Shown: in pieces, positions 13,496 to 24,595 of the stretch | Numbering within the stretch: the first letter of the stretch is position 1 | How the letters are laid out: every line of letters starts with the position of its first letter | Assembly: GCA_002269645.1 (NCBI GenBank) | Contig: NIVC01001451.1 | Coordinates: 186,001 to 250,000, forward strand | Length of the DNA stretch: 64,000 bases | Direction of reading: 5' to 3' | Origin: Macrostomum lignano | Taxonomy: Eukaryota | Made by a program: the position numbers and the translations under genes | The notes under the pieces: generated by a model | Told to the model about the DNA's origin: nothing | What the model saw: only the letters and a program-made list of their open reading frames with translations | The model's database searches: none

Positions 13496-14173
13496 CATTT
13501 CAATGTTCTTACATTTCTACTAAAAGTAGTATAAAGAGTAACAGAAAACACGGCTAGAATTTTGAAAAGCTTCAATTTATTATAAATAATCAAAGTTTTT
13601 GGTTAAAGCTGGTCAGCATTCCGCTATCAATTTTATAGTGCTTATGATACAATTTTGTGTTTAATTAGTTTTCGAAATCTCACAATCATTTTTTTGTAAA
13701 ATTTACTTTTCTGTGCAAATAAATGTAATTGGTTTCAATGGCTGCTGTTTGTCTTAACCATGTACTGTGTTTTTTTAATATTTACCATTTACTCTATATC
13801 ATTAAACGTGTCAGTAATAGGTGCGAAAGATTAGTGAGTAAAAACGGTCCCCGTTTTGCATCTTCTCTTGAATCTTACCTGATTCCATATCAGATTTGAG
13901 TCATCATGAAACGCCCGGGCGCATAAGAATTATCAAGACAAAGACAAACCTGGGCGACAACTGAGGAGGCACGAGTGTTTAATACTCAGTATACTACTTT
14001 ACTACAATACAATATTTTCAGTGCAGATATTCAGTTGTTTGTCTGCGCGGTGTCACTTAAATTTAAAATGGCAGCTAAAATTTCCTTTCTTTTCTCATGT
14101 TTTCGGCCTCAGGAGCATATGGGTTAAGAATGAGCAACACGCATTTAACTCGATGTACACAAGTGAACGCAGG

Positions 14174-14515
14174 ACGGACGAAACCCAGCCCTAAAGGGGC
14201 AGGCCCAATCTAGCTCAGCCAATGAGAGAGCAGTAAGGAGAGAGGTTAAAGTCAAACGGACGAAACAGCCTAGGGGGCTGTCCCAATCTAGCTCAGCCAA
14301 TCAGAGAGCAGTAAGGAGAGAGGTTAAAGTCAAACGGACGGCCTCAGTCAAACGAAATAAACAGCCTAGGGGGCTGTCCCAATCTACTCGTAGCTCAGCC
14401 AATGGGAGCAGTTTGGAGAGGTTAAAGTCAGACGGACGAAACTCAGCCTAGGGGGCAGGCCCAATCTATGAATAGTTCACCTAATGAGAGCAGTAAGGAG
14501 AGAGGTCGAAGTCTA
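14174..14515. promoter_or_regulatory. Four ~80-90-bp tandem units carrying CCAAT boxes upstream of the 14916 ORF
   Basis: Repeated CCCAATCTAGCTCAGCCAAT.AGAGAGCAGTAAGGAGAGAGGTTAAAGTCA. Regulatory role is inference. Confidence 0.45.
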
Positions 14516-14915
14516 ACTGTTTATCAACCTGGCTGGGGCGGGACCCCAACCCATTTTTCTCTTACTAAGCACACGCACTGGAATTGGCATTTTTAGGCTT
14601 TCCTGAAATCTTCAGTCTTAATTTTTATCTTAGGAGTGCAATATTTTTTTAACCCGAGAAAGTCTCGAGTCGGTAAAAGAAGATGAAAATGCTAATTTAA
14701 TAGGTCTGCTTGCATTTGTATTAAATCAGAGGTGATTATTTCATCTTAAACCAAAGCACTTGAAATACTTTGTAAAATTGAGCAATATTTTAACTTAAGT
14801 ATTAAAAGCGCAAAATCGCTATTTTTGCTACTTAAAAAACTCCGCATCAAACGGCAAACCGCCGCAGCTGTTTCATTCATCCGACCTCAATTTTAATGCC
14901 AGCCCTATCCGCCCC

Positions 14916-16406
14916 ATGACGCAGCACTGGACGGCGATTCCATTCCTAAAAAATATTGACGAGTCCAAGCGAACTCTGCCAAGCAAGGCCGACATAATTC
15001 GCTGCGTGCCCGCGCATCTTCGCCACTGTCGGCTGCTGTTTGCTGACGGCTTCGTCTCGCCGTCGTCTGCCGCCAACTCGGTTGTCGACCAGCCGACGCC
15101 TCGGGTTGGCTGTCGCGGTCGCGGCGTTCGCAAGCGATGTCCAGTTAATGGCGCCGCAAAGCCCCAGCCGCCTCAGCCGCTGTCACCTCAATCTTCATCG
15201 ACGGCATCGTCGTTGACTTCGACTAGCCAATCGTACGGTCGTAGCCGAGGTCGCGGACTCAGGCAGTTAAAAATTTCCACCCCGCTCCTGTCGGAGTCGG
15301 CATCTGACGAGGATGTAGGCGGGTGCGATCGGCTCGGCCAATTCGAAGAGTGCTATGGTCCTAAAACCAATGGCTCTGCAAACTCCTGCGCTATCCTTGC
15401 TGATGCTGCGGACTCTCCATCGCTGGCTGCCAGTTTATCTGTCCCGAGTGCTGATACTGTCGCAGGTGCCATTGGTGTCTCAGGCTCAGGTACCGAGGAT
15501 GTCGCAGGTGCCATTGGTGTCTCAGGCTCATGTACCGAGGATGTCGCAGGTGCCATTGGTGTCTCAGGCTCAGGTACCGAGGATGTCGCAGGTGCCATTG
15601 GTGTCTCAGGCTCAGGTACCGATTATATCACAGGTGCCATTGGTGTCTCAGGCTCAGGTACCGATGATGTCGCAGGTGCAGTTGGTGTCTCAGGCTCAGG
15701 TACCGAGGATGTCGCAGGTGCCATTGGTGTCTCAGGCTCAGGTACCGATTATATCACAGGTGCCATTGGTGTCTCAGGCTCAGGTACCGATGATGTCGCA
15801 GGTGCAGTTGGTGTCTCAGGCTCAGGTACCGATGATGTCGCAGGTGCCGTTGGTGTCTCAGGCTCAGGTACCGATGATGTCGCAGGTGCCGTTGGTGTCT
15901 CAGGCTCAGGTACCGATGATGTCGCAGGTGCCGTTGGTGTCTCAGGCTCAGGTACCGATGATGTCGCAGGTGCCGTTGGTGTCTCAGGTGCTGATGATGT
16001 CACGTGTGCTGATGCCATTCCCAGGCTAGATTCTTCAGAACTCTCCACCGAAGACTCAGTCTCCGGCGCCGAAGATCTCGGCCAGCTTCGCATCTCCGGT
16101 CTCTGTTCGGACGCTATTCACGCATTTAAACGCGATTTCATGCTAGACAGGCAGCAAAAACTGCGTCGCAGACGTGGAGGCGCAGACCGCTGCAGTGAGG
16201 AGGTGGATCCTGACGGTCTGTACGCCATCCTGCGAGCATTCTCTTCTATTGGTATTGTTAGCGTTGTTGTCCGGAGCGAAGACGGTGCTGGCGTTGACTC
16301 GCTGCTAGTTGAACTGGCGCAGAGCAGCCTGGCTAGCTATTGCATCAACGGCCTGAGTCTGCCGTGCGACTGCCTTGTAACCTGCAGTCTAGTGTCCGAG
16401 CAGTGA
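14916..16406 (+). CDS. Hypothetical 496-aa protein with a central 14-aa G/S/D-rich repeat
   Basis: Long open frame with GC-rich non-repetitive N- and C-terminal parts. Acceptor-like ttttaatgccAG sits 13 nt before the ATG. No family recognised. Confidence 0.55.
   Translation: MTQHWTAIPFLKNIDESKRTLPSKADIIRCVPAHLRHCRLLFADGFVSPSSAANSVVDQPTPRVGCRGRGVRKRCPVNGAAKPQPPQPLSPQSSSTASSLTSTSQSYGRSRGRGLRQLKISTPLLSESASDEDVGGCDRLGQFEECYGPKTNGSANSCAILADAADSPSLAASLSVPSADTVAGAIGVSGSGTEDVAGAIGVSGSCTEDVAGAIGVSGSGTEDVAGAIGVSGSGTDYITGAIGVSGSGTDDVAGAVGVSGSGTEDVAGAIGVSGSGTDYITGAIGVSGSGTDDVAGAVGVSGSGTDDVAGAVGVSGSGTDDVAGAVGVSGSGTDDVAGAVGVSGSGTDDVAGAVGVSGADDVTCADAIPRLDSSELSTEDSVSGAEDLGQLRISGLCSDAIHAFKRDFMLDRQQKLRRRRGGADRCSEEVDPDGLYAILRAFSSIGIVSVVVRSEDGAGVDSLLVELAQSSLASYCINGLSLPCDCLVTCSLVSEQ
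15462..15995 (+). repeat. 42-bp in-frame minisatellite, ~12.5 copies (DVAGAIGVSGSGTE)
   Basis: Unit GATGTCGCAGGTGCCATTGGTGTCTCAGGCTCAGGTACCGAG. Confidence 0.95.
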
Positions 16407-17013
16407 CTGATTCTTCTAGGCCAGTTAATTTATTTACGTTTTATATAACTTTATCGAAACTATAGACCCTTGCATGCTTAAAAGTTTTTAAACTTTGAAT
16501 AATAAAATTGTTGCATTTATACTCGTAGCTAGTTGCCCAGCTGGATATGCAGAGTTCATTGATCAACTCTTATTTTTTACAATATCATTGGTGCTCCATC
16601 AGAGTTCCAGTTTTTTTCCTTGTGCCCTCGCTCCATTCACTCATCGTGGACTTATGCACGCGACAAAAGAGTGCACCATTGCGCTAAATGTATTTATGGT
16701 CTGGTTGTTAAAAGAGCTAAAATATATATATATAGAATTCATAAAGGGCTTGTGTTAACGCGTTGTCATTGTTGCATGCCTGTGTAATAAATTTCTGACT
16801 ATATCGTCTGTTATTGAGATTTCATTGTAATTTTTCTGGTAGAAAAATAGTTTTATGGTTTAAAAAGTATGCAGTGTGTTATGATCGACGGATCGATGCG
16901 AAAAGTTGTCATGCCATTGACTCGACGGGAAGTGTGGTTGATTAGACTATATGTAAAACTCGCGGTGTGTCTTTGGAGGATTGGACGATCCATAAGTCGT
17001 GTGTCTGGGCTAC

Positions 17014-17535
17014 GCCGCAAGGTGTGTCTAACGATGTAACGCCGCAAGGTGTGTCTGAACGATGTGAAGTCGCAAGGTGTGTCTGAACGATGTGAAGTCA
17101 CAAGCTGTGTCTGAACGATGTGAAGTCGCAAGCTGTGTCTGTACGATGTGAAGTCGCAAGGTGTGTCCGAACGATGCGAAGTCGCAAGTTGTGTCCGAAC
17201 GATGTGAAGTTGCAAGGTTTGTCTGAACGATGTGAAGTCGCAAGGCGTGTCCGAACGATGTGAAGTCGCAAGGTGTGTCTGAACGATGCGAAGTCGCAAG
17301 GTTTGTCTGAACGATGTGAAGTCGCAAGGTTTGTCTGAACGATGTGAAGTCGCAAGGTGTGTCCGAACGATGTGAAGTCGCAAGCTGTGTCTGAACGATG
17401 TGAAGTCGCAAGCTGTGTCTGTACGGTGTGAAGTCGCAAGGTGTGTCTGAACGATGTGAAGTCGCAAGGTGTGTCTGAACGATGTGAAGTCGCAAGGTGT
17501 GTCTGAACGATGTGAAGTCGCAAGCTGTGTCTGGA
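17014..17535. repeat. 28-bp minisatellite (AACGATGTGAAGTCGCAAGGTGTGTCTG)n, ~19 copies
   Basis: Unit read directly. Confidence 0.95.
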
Positions 17536-17736
17536 CAATGTGAAGTCGTAACGCGTGTCAAGGTGAACAATGCTAGAAAGTTGAACAAATCGAATTGGCG
17601 GACGTATTGCCGGAATATTAGTGATATTACTATACTATATTAAACGTCGGGCTTAAATAGAATTGGCCCGATATTTTTTCAGCAGACGTTTTTGCCTATA
17701 GTGATACATAGTGTGAACGAAACTCGCTGATCAAGC

Positions 17737-20700
17737 ATGGCTGCTGAACCATCTCAAGCCCTGCCAACTGTTGAGCTTCACGATCAGCAGCAGCAGCTCC
17801 GCCAGAGGCAGTCTGAGCCGCAGCTTCTGCAGGTCCCGCAGGGTGACAGAGCCAGTCGTCACCGAAAGCGACATTCCGAGTTCAACTTGGCCGGTTTGAC
17901 GGGCGAAGAGCTCGAATCTGTTGAAAACGAATCCGAGTCGGTCAGCTGCCACCTGGCCGACGGTCACGAGCACCTGGATCACGTGATGGCTGACGCTGAC
18001 ATACCGATGAGCGTAGAGCAGCTGGCGCAGTGCCTGCTGACCGATGGGCCCTGGTTTCGCGACTTCCTCCAACGTCGCCGCACCTTCGGCATTGAGGCCA
18101 GCGATTTTGAAGACGAAAACGGCATCAACGTTGGAGGCGCCGGTCGGGCGCGTCGGCCAGGTGATCGACGGGACGTGCGCTACTGGCTGCGCATCAACTA
18201 CGCCATCGGGCCGAAGCAGACGCTGGTTGAGGAGACTCAGACTTACGTGTGAGATTGGCTTGGCTCAGCAACTGGGGATCTGGGAGGGTGGTTCAGCAAC
18301 TGAGGATCTGGGAGGGTGGTTCAGCAACTGAGGATCTGGGAGGGTGTGGTGGCATGAGACAATCGGATGCTTTCTTAGAGAAAGGGCAAAATAACCTAGA
18401 CTAACATACCATGGCTTAGAGTAATATCCCGTCAATATCCAACCACTCAGTTGGTGCAAACCAGGCAAACTACACGTGGTGGACTGCGAGGTGCACAACC
18501 GGGACATACCCTACGGCACGTCTTTCCACACCCTCAACCGGATGTGCCTGACCTGCCGCGGGCCTGGCCGCAGCCACCTGACCATCACGTCGCGCACTGT
18601 GTTCACCAGGGCTGTGTTCCTGGCTAAGAGCTTCATCGAGTCCAACGTGCGCGAAGGCAGTCAGGTGAGGCCGGTTCAAATGATCGAATTGATTCTTGCT
18701 TGAATTGCCCGATTTTCATTTACAAGAGACCCATCAATAAAGTGCATGGTACATGACGAGAAGAATGTCTTGACAATTTTACCTTGAACCACAGTGCCTT
18801 AGTACAACAGTTTCTCTACTTTCAGTTCAGTAGCAAGGAAGAATTTTTAGGCTATTTTATTTTATGTAAAAGAATTCAGTTAGCGTAACTCTTCAGGCGT
18901 AAAACAACTCGCTATCGGTGCAGCCGTAATGTGCCATTAGCCAGTGCCACTAGAAATATACATTGGCTTGGCAGGCGGCTCTAGACGTGAAGACTGGCCG
19001 GCGGGGCGGGGGTAAGAGTTTTTGAGAAGTTAGACGCAGCCGGAGGGGTTCAGATAGAAGAACGGGTAAGAGGTTCAATGAACTTAGCTTATACAATGTA
19101 CTAGTCCTCCTAGCTTTAGGCTGGGAGGAAGGCAATAAAAATTGGGGGTGCGCGGTAGGGTAGTGATTTTGTGCGAAAAGACGCGAACGGAGGGAGGGGT
19201 TCAACTGGCGGTGAGCGGGCCAATAGGCGAGCCTATAGCTATATACTGTACATAACATGGCAGCATGACAAGGCACCGAGGAAAGCAATAAAAATAGGCG
19301 GCGGGGCGGGGGTAGAGTTTTTGAGAAGTTAGACGCAGCCCGAGGGGTTCAGATAGAAGAACGGGTAAGAGGTTCAATGAACTTAGCTTATACAATGTAC
19401 TAGTCCTCCTAGCTTTAGGCTGGGAGGAAGGCAATAAAAATTGGGGGTGCGCGGTAGGGTAGAGATTTTGTGCGAAAAGACGCGAACGGAGGGAGGGGTT
19501 CAACTGGCGGTGAGCGGGCCAATAAGCGAGCCTATAGCTATATACTGTACATAACAAGGCAGCATGACAAGGCACCGAGGAAAGCAATAAAAATAGGCGG
19601 CGGGGCGGGGGTAGAGATTTTGTGCGACAATATGCAGTCGGAGGGGTTCAGCTGAGGCAGTGATTAGGCCAATATACCAGTATTGTCCTAAATTAAATTA
19701 AAGTGGTTAACTTTCTACTGAACTGAAAGTGGCTTACACGCAAATGTACAGCCCAACTACTCCTAGTTGGGGGACAGAGCAGCTGGTGAGAGCGCCACGA
19801 TCTCTGATTCGATTCCGTTTACGGTCATATTTTTATTTTGGATTGGACCTTGTGCACGAAAATAGGTTTTGATTATTACTATTAGCCCATCTAGTTATTA
19901 TAGATATCTGACCCCGCAGACCTACTTCCGCCTCATGGTGGACACTCTGCTGGATCCCAATGCTGGCAAGACGCCAATTAACGACGAAGGCGGCGCCTCG
20001 GCCGCGGCTTCGCGACCTCCGTCTGGCTCGTCAACCCCTGCAACAGCAGCTGCCGCAGGGGCGGCGGCGGCGGCGGCGTCGTCGGCTCCTTCGGTGTCAT
20101 CTTCAACGCCGATGTCGCGCAGCGCGGCAGCCCAGCGTCAGCAGGACGGCACCGGCAGGCCCCGACCGTCGACTAATTCAACAACTGTCGCCAACGCCGC
20201 CGCCACCTCGGCCGCGACTGCGATGGCGGGCCGTCGAGTGTCCCGATCGCGTAGCGGCGTCCGCAGCAGCAAAGACGGTGGGCAGAGGCTGCTGGTTCTG
20301 TGCCTGCTGCTGGCGTGAGTGCTTCACGAATCATTGCGCAGTTGTTTTCGTCTTGGGTTCCATTGAGAGTTATTGGTTCCAGTAATCGGTTCCGTTCTAT
20401 CTGGAAATAATCGACACCAGCTTTAGTTTTTCACTAAAAGTCCAGTTACAGTTTTCTTGTTTAATTTTTTTTTAATTTTGGTTTTCCTTCAAATTAATCC
20501 CAACGTCCAGCAGTGTCCTGATGTTCTGCTGTCTGGTCAGCTTGCACCTGCGCTTCCAGTCTCTGGACAGCTCGCTGGATCGATTGAGTTCCAGCGAATT
20601 CAGGTGAGATTAACTGTATAGGGCAGATGTTAGATTTCAAGAATTTCAGTTTGTCTACCGATATGTATCGAAAACAGCGATCGAAGTAAACTGGCCGATA

Positions 20701-21085
20701 TGTATTGAAAACAAATAACCGAAGTTAAGTGGCCGATCGCGATATGTATCGAAAATAAGAATAACCTAAGTTAACTGGCCGATATGTATCGAAAACATTA
20801 ATAACGAAGTTAACTGGCCGATATGTATCGAAAACATTAATAACCAAACGCTTCAGTCGGTCTGCCTGCGCTCCGGCTGGTGACGCCAGCCGAACTGGCG
20901 CCGCTTTCACACGCGAGCAGCTGGACATCTGGCGTCGCGCTCTCGACGAGACTCTGGGCAGCCTGGACGGCCTGCTGTTCGAACTGCGCCGGGTGGCCAC
21001 TGCGGAGGCCACCGCCGCTGCCGCCGCCTCCTCCAGCATCCCGGCCGGACGTCCGGTCTGTGACAGACCGCCTCCGCCTCCCTGA
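17737..21085 (+). CDS. GRAMD1/Aster-like sterol-transfer protein: VASt domain, TM helix and C-terminal coiled coil
   Basis: Exons 17737-18248, 18451-18664, 19920-20314, 20511-20603 and 20857-21085 are GT-AG and phase-compatible. WFRDFLQRRR..GPKQTLVEETQT..VVDCEVHNRDIPYGTSFHTLNRMCLT..KSFIESN matches VASt. TM is LLVLCLLLAASVLMFCCLV. QLDIWRRALDETL resembles the Aster C-terminal helix. Confidence 0.85.
18818..19730. mobile_element. Intronic element bounded by 16-bp perfect inverted repeats, containing a ~300-bp tandem duplication
   Basis: ACTTTCAGTTCAGTAG (18818-18833) and CTACTGAACTGAAAGT (19715-19730). Units start near 19000, 19300 and 19600. No TSD found. Confidence 0.45.
20655..20845. repeat. 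~39-bp intronic minisatellite (CCGATATGTATCGAAAAC...AAGTTAACTGG), ~5 copies
   Basis: Read directly. Confidence 0.85.
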
Positions 21086-21684
21086 CCAATCAGGGACCAA
21101 TTCTTCCGTCGGAAGTTTTTACTAACTAATGAAATATTTTTTGATTGTTTACTTTTTCTTTTTTTCTCGCAGATTTTTCTTCCTATGTTTAAATTTGCCT
21201 ACTGATTGGTAGTAGAAAGTAGCGATTTTTATAAGACGAAATCTACATTCCATTAATTACGTACGCTAGCATTGATTTACTTGCAATCCATCCTTTTGAT
21301 CCAACTTTTTAATTGTCTACGATTTTTACGGTTGTCATTTTCATCGTTCTGGCATTTTTACACCTAGATTAATTTTTGATTGAGCTTTCGAGGCAATTCT
21401 CAAACCCTATTTCTAATCTTTTAATTCCTATGGGAACTTTTGTGCTCATTACGGATATATTTTTAAAATGATGCAATGCCGTAGGAAGGCTTAAAAATAT
21501 ATTATACTTGAAATTTGTCTACCCTGACAACCTAATTTATACAGACAAAGTGTTTGTCAGTCATGTATTTCTGCCTTTCATTTTATATGCAGTTAGCATG
21601 GAAAACATAAGGTAATATCGCGCTGCTTCTGTCGGGCTTCTGCTTCTGTGAGGCATCGGCTGCTTCTGCCGTTTAAATCATGAT

Positions 21685-22160
21685 GTTGGAGACTGCAGGC
21701 TGGGAGATGATCAAAGGGAGACTGCAAGCTAGGAGATGATGGAGAGGAGACTGCAGGCTGGGAGATGATGAAGGGGAGACTGCAAGCTGGGAGATGATGA
21801 AGGGAGGCTGCGAGCTGGGAGATGATGGAGAGGAGACTGCAGGCTGGGAGATGATGAAGGGGAGACTGCAAGCTGGGAGATGATGAAGGGAGGCTGCGAG
21901 CTGGGAGATGATAAAGAGGATACTGCAGGCAAGGAGATGATGAAGGGGAGACTGCAAGCTGGGAGATGATGAAGGGAGGCTGCGAGCTGGGAGATGATGA
22001 AGAGGAGACTGCAGGCTGGGAGATGATGAAGGGGAGACTGCAAGCTGGGAGATGATGAAGGGAGGCTGCGAGCTGGGAGATGATGAAGAGGAGACTGCAG
22101 GCAAGGAGATGATGAAGGGGAGACTGCAAGCTGGGATATGATGAAGGAGGGACCGCAGGC
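21685..22160. repeat. 28/29-bp minisatellite with 86-bp three-subunit higher-order period
   Basis: GCTGGGAGATGATG-core subunits alternate endings GACTGCAA / GGCTGCGA / GACTGCAG. Confidence 0.9.
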
Positions 22161-22219
22161 CAAGTGATAAAGGATATTAAGATAGACTTAGGGACTCTAG
22201 CACGTAGGGGTCCGGCAGC

Positions 22220-23425
22220 TCACAGATGCAGCACCCGCAGGCGGCGGTACTGATAGCCGGGCCTTCTGGGCGGCAGCGCCACCAGCACCCGACCGTCGCT
22301 GCGCAGCCAAGCGGCGGCCGTGCCGGTGTCGGCATCTGCCGGCAGCCGGTCGAATCGATCGCGAAATCGTCGAGTCGACGCCCTACCGTCGGCCACCAGC
22401 TGCCGACAGCCGCTGACGGTCACTACGGTTGGCGTCGACGTGACGGTCAGGTCCTGCACGGAGTAGCCGCCGCCGTCAGCCAGAATGAGGTGCACAACCG
22501 AGGCAGGCTGCTCCGGCTGGCGGTGCTGCTCCTCACCAGGATGAGGCGAATGAGGCTGACGTTGATGCGGCCGCTGGTGACTCTGAGCAGCCTGAGATTG
22601 AATAGCGTGTAGAATGTAGATCATGTGAGCACAGCCTCGTGCGATCGGGCATCTCGTGCTGCTCAAGAGTATCTCACCCTAAGACTGAGGGTATCTCACC
22701 CTAAGACTAAGAGTATCTCACCCTAAGACTGAGAGTACCTCATCCTAAGACTGCAGAGAGTATCTCACCCAAAGACTGAGTATTTTCAAAATTCTCTCAA
22801 ACTCGCCAACTCACCGCTGCCGTCCTTGCGGTGCCCGTCGCCGGCACCTCCAGTCGCAGACGGCCGTCGGCCAGCAGGCTGGCTCGGACGCCGCCTCCGC
22901 CGCTGGCTGCCGCAAAGGAGGCGACGCTACTCGCCCCAGCGGGCAGTTCCAGCCTGCGTTCGAACGCCATCCGACGCGGCGGCGCCGCCCGACCGACCAC
23001 GCGGATGGCCAGCCGTCCCGGGCCTCCATCGCCGCTCTGGTAGCCGAAGGCGGCCTCGGGAGACACGACCAGCTCGCCGGGCGCGTAGCCGTGTGCGTTC
23101 AGGTGGGCGACGAAAACCCGCCTGGTGGCGTCCAGTCGCCATTCGCCTTCGGCCGCTTCGCCGTTGACGTCTAAATCGTCGACATAGCCGTTGCCGGTGC
23201 CGACGGCGGAGGAGGGGAAGAACTGGTCGGCCTCTGTGCGGACCCGCCGGTTCAGCTGGTCGAGCTCCTGCGAAGCCTGCGATGTCGGCGATGTCGGCGA
23301 CGCCTGAGAAGACGCTGCTGAAAGCCGGCGCTGCCGCTGCGACTGACTACGGCGAGGACCGACGTCGCCATCGCCGGCAAAGCGTACGCCGAAACGGCGG
23401 CGACGGTCTGCGAGTTGGCAAAAAA

Positions 23426-23460
<35 letters not shown>

Positions 23461-24595
23461 GTCTCTGTCTGCTTTAACAACAGAATTGGTCCAGCGGCTC
23501 TACTATTGCTGGTTCAAATTGTTACTGTAAAAACTCAGTCATGAGAATACTCATCCACTAATGGCGGAAACTTTGAAAGAAGTGACGCAGTGGCTGTTAT
23601 TCATGCATGCATAAAGGGGTAAAACAATTCTGTCAATTAACGCATACTGAGTCGTCACATTTTACGATTGAAACTCTTACTAAACGAACTTATATACAAA
23701 GGGCATCAGGACGTCAAGTTGCTTTTAGTTGCTACCAAAGTGCTGTTAGAGGCGTTAATAACATGACTGTCATCGTCAGAGTTCGCTAAAATTTGAGGGT
23801 GCCAACGCTAAGACTGTAAGTGGCCCGGTTTAGTTTTCTCAATTGCCTGGGCTGCTGTGAAGGCCTTACATGTGTGCCGTACAAGTCATCCACTTTAGCT
23901 GAGTTGAAGTGGCACAAGAAGGAGAGTTCTCAGCACAGATTTGAGAGCAAACACGCTCGGAGCTCTCAGAAGTTCGAATTGTTGAATTGTAAACTTGAGC
24001 ATTTATGGCCTGTGCTGCGCTTCTCTCTTATTTTGCTTACAGCAGGGTTAGGCGAACTTTTTTACCTCAAAGGCCAGGCACAGAACCTAGCGCTTGACTG
24101 CGGGTCAGAGGAGGGGAGAGAGGAGAGGGAATAGAGAACAGAGAAAGGAGAGGAGAGAAGAGAGGAAAGGAGAGGAGAGGAGAGAGGAGAGGAAAGAGGG
24201 GAGAGGAGAGAAGGGAGGAGAGGAGAGGAGAGAGGAGAGGAAAGAGGGGAGAGGAGAGAAGAGAGGAGAGGAGAGGAGAGAGGAGAGGAAAGAGGGGAGA
24301 GGAGAGAGGAGAGGAGAGGAGAAGAGAGGAGAGGAAAGAGGACACGGTTCGAGCACATGATTTGAGCACACGATTTGAGCACACGATTTGAGTACATGGT
24401 TTGAGCACACAGTTTGAGCACATGGTTTGAGCACACAGTTTGAGCACATATTTTGAGCACAATCTGAGCACATGATCTGGCCACATGATTTGAGCACATG
24501 ACTTGAGCACACAATTTGGGAATTTACCTACATGTACTCTCGCATATTGACGGATTTTCTTAAGGATAATGACTTGAAAATTTTGACTCACCCAT
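22220..24595 (-). CDS. Small heat-shock protein with two alpha-crystallin domains (p40/Tsp36-like)
   Basis: Exons 24595-24592 (ATGG|GTGAGT), 23407-22815 and 22591-22220 are phase-compatible. ACD1 GYAPGELVV..FERRLELP..ASLLADGRLRLEVP; ACD2 GYSVQDLTV..RRFRDRF.RLPADAD..AWLRSDGRVLVALP. Confidence 0.78.
22667..22782. repeat. 22-bp intronic minisatellite (GAGTATCTCACCCTAAGACTGA), ~5 copies
   Basis: Read directly. Confidence 0.9.
24108..24515. repeat. GA-rich tract (24108-24340) followed by a ~13-bp TTTGAGCACATGA-type array
   Basis: Read directly; lies in the predicted first intron of the sHSP gene. Confidence 0.85.

Noticed and set aside
20725-23530. Overlapping antisense or alternative-frame ORFs over GC-rich exons
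   Set aside because: Shadow ORFs expected from high GC; the spliced VASt and sHSP models explain the sequence.
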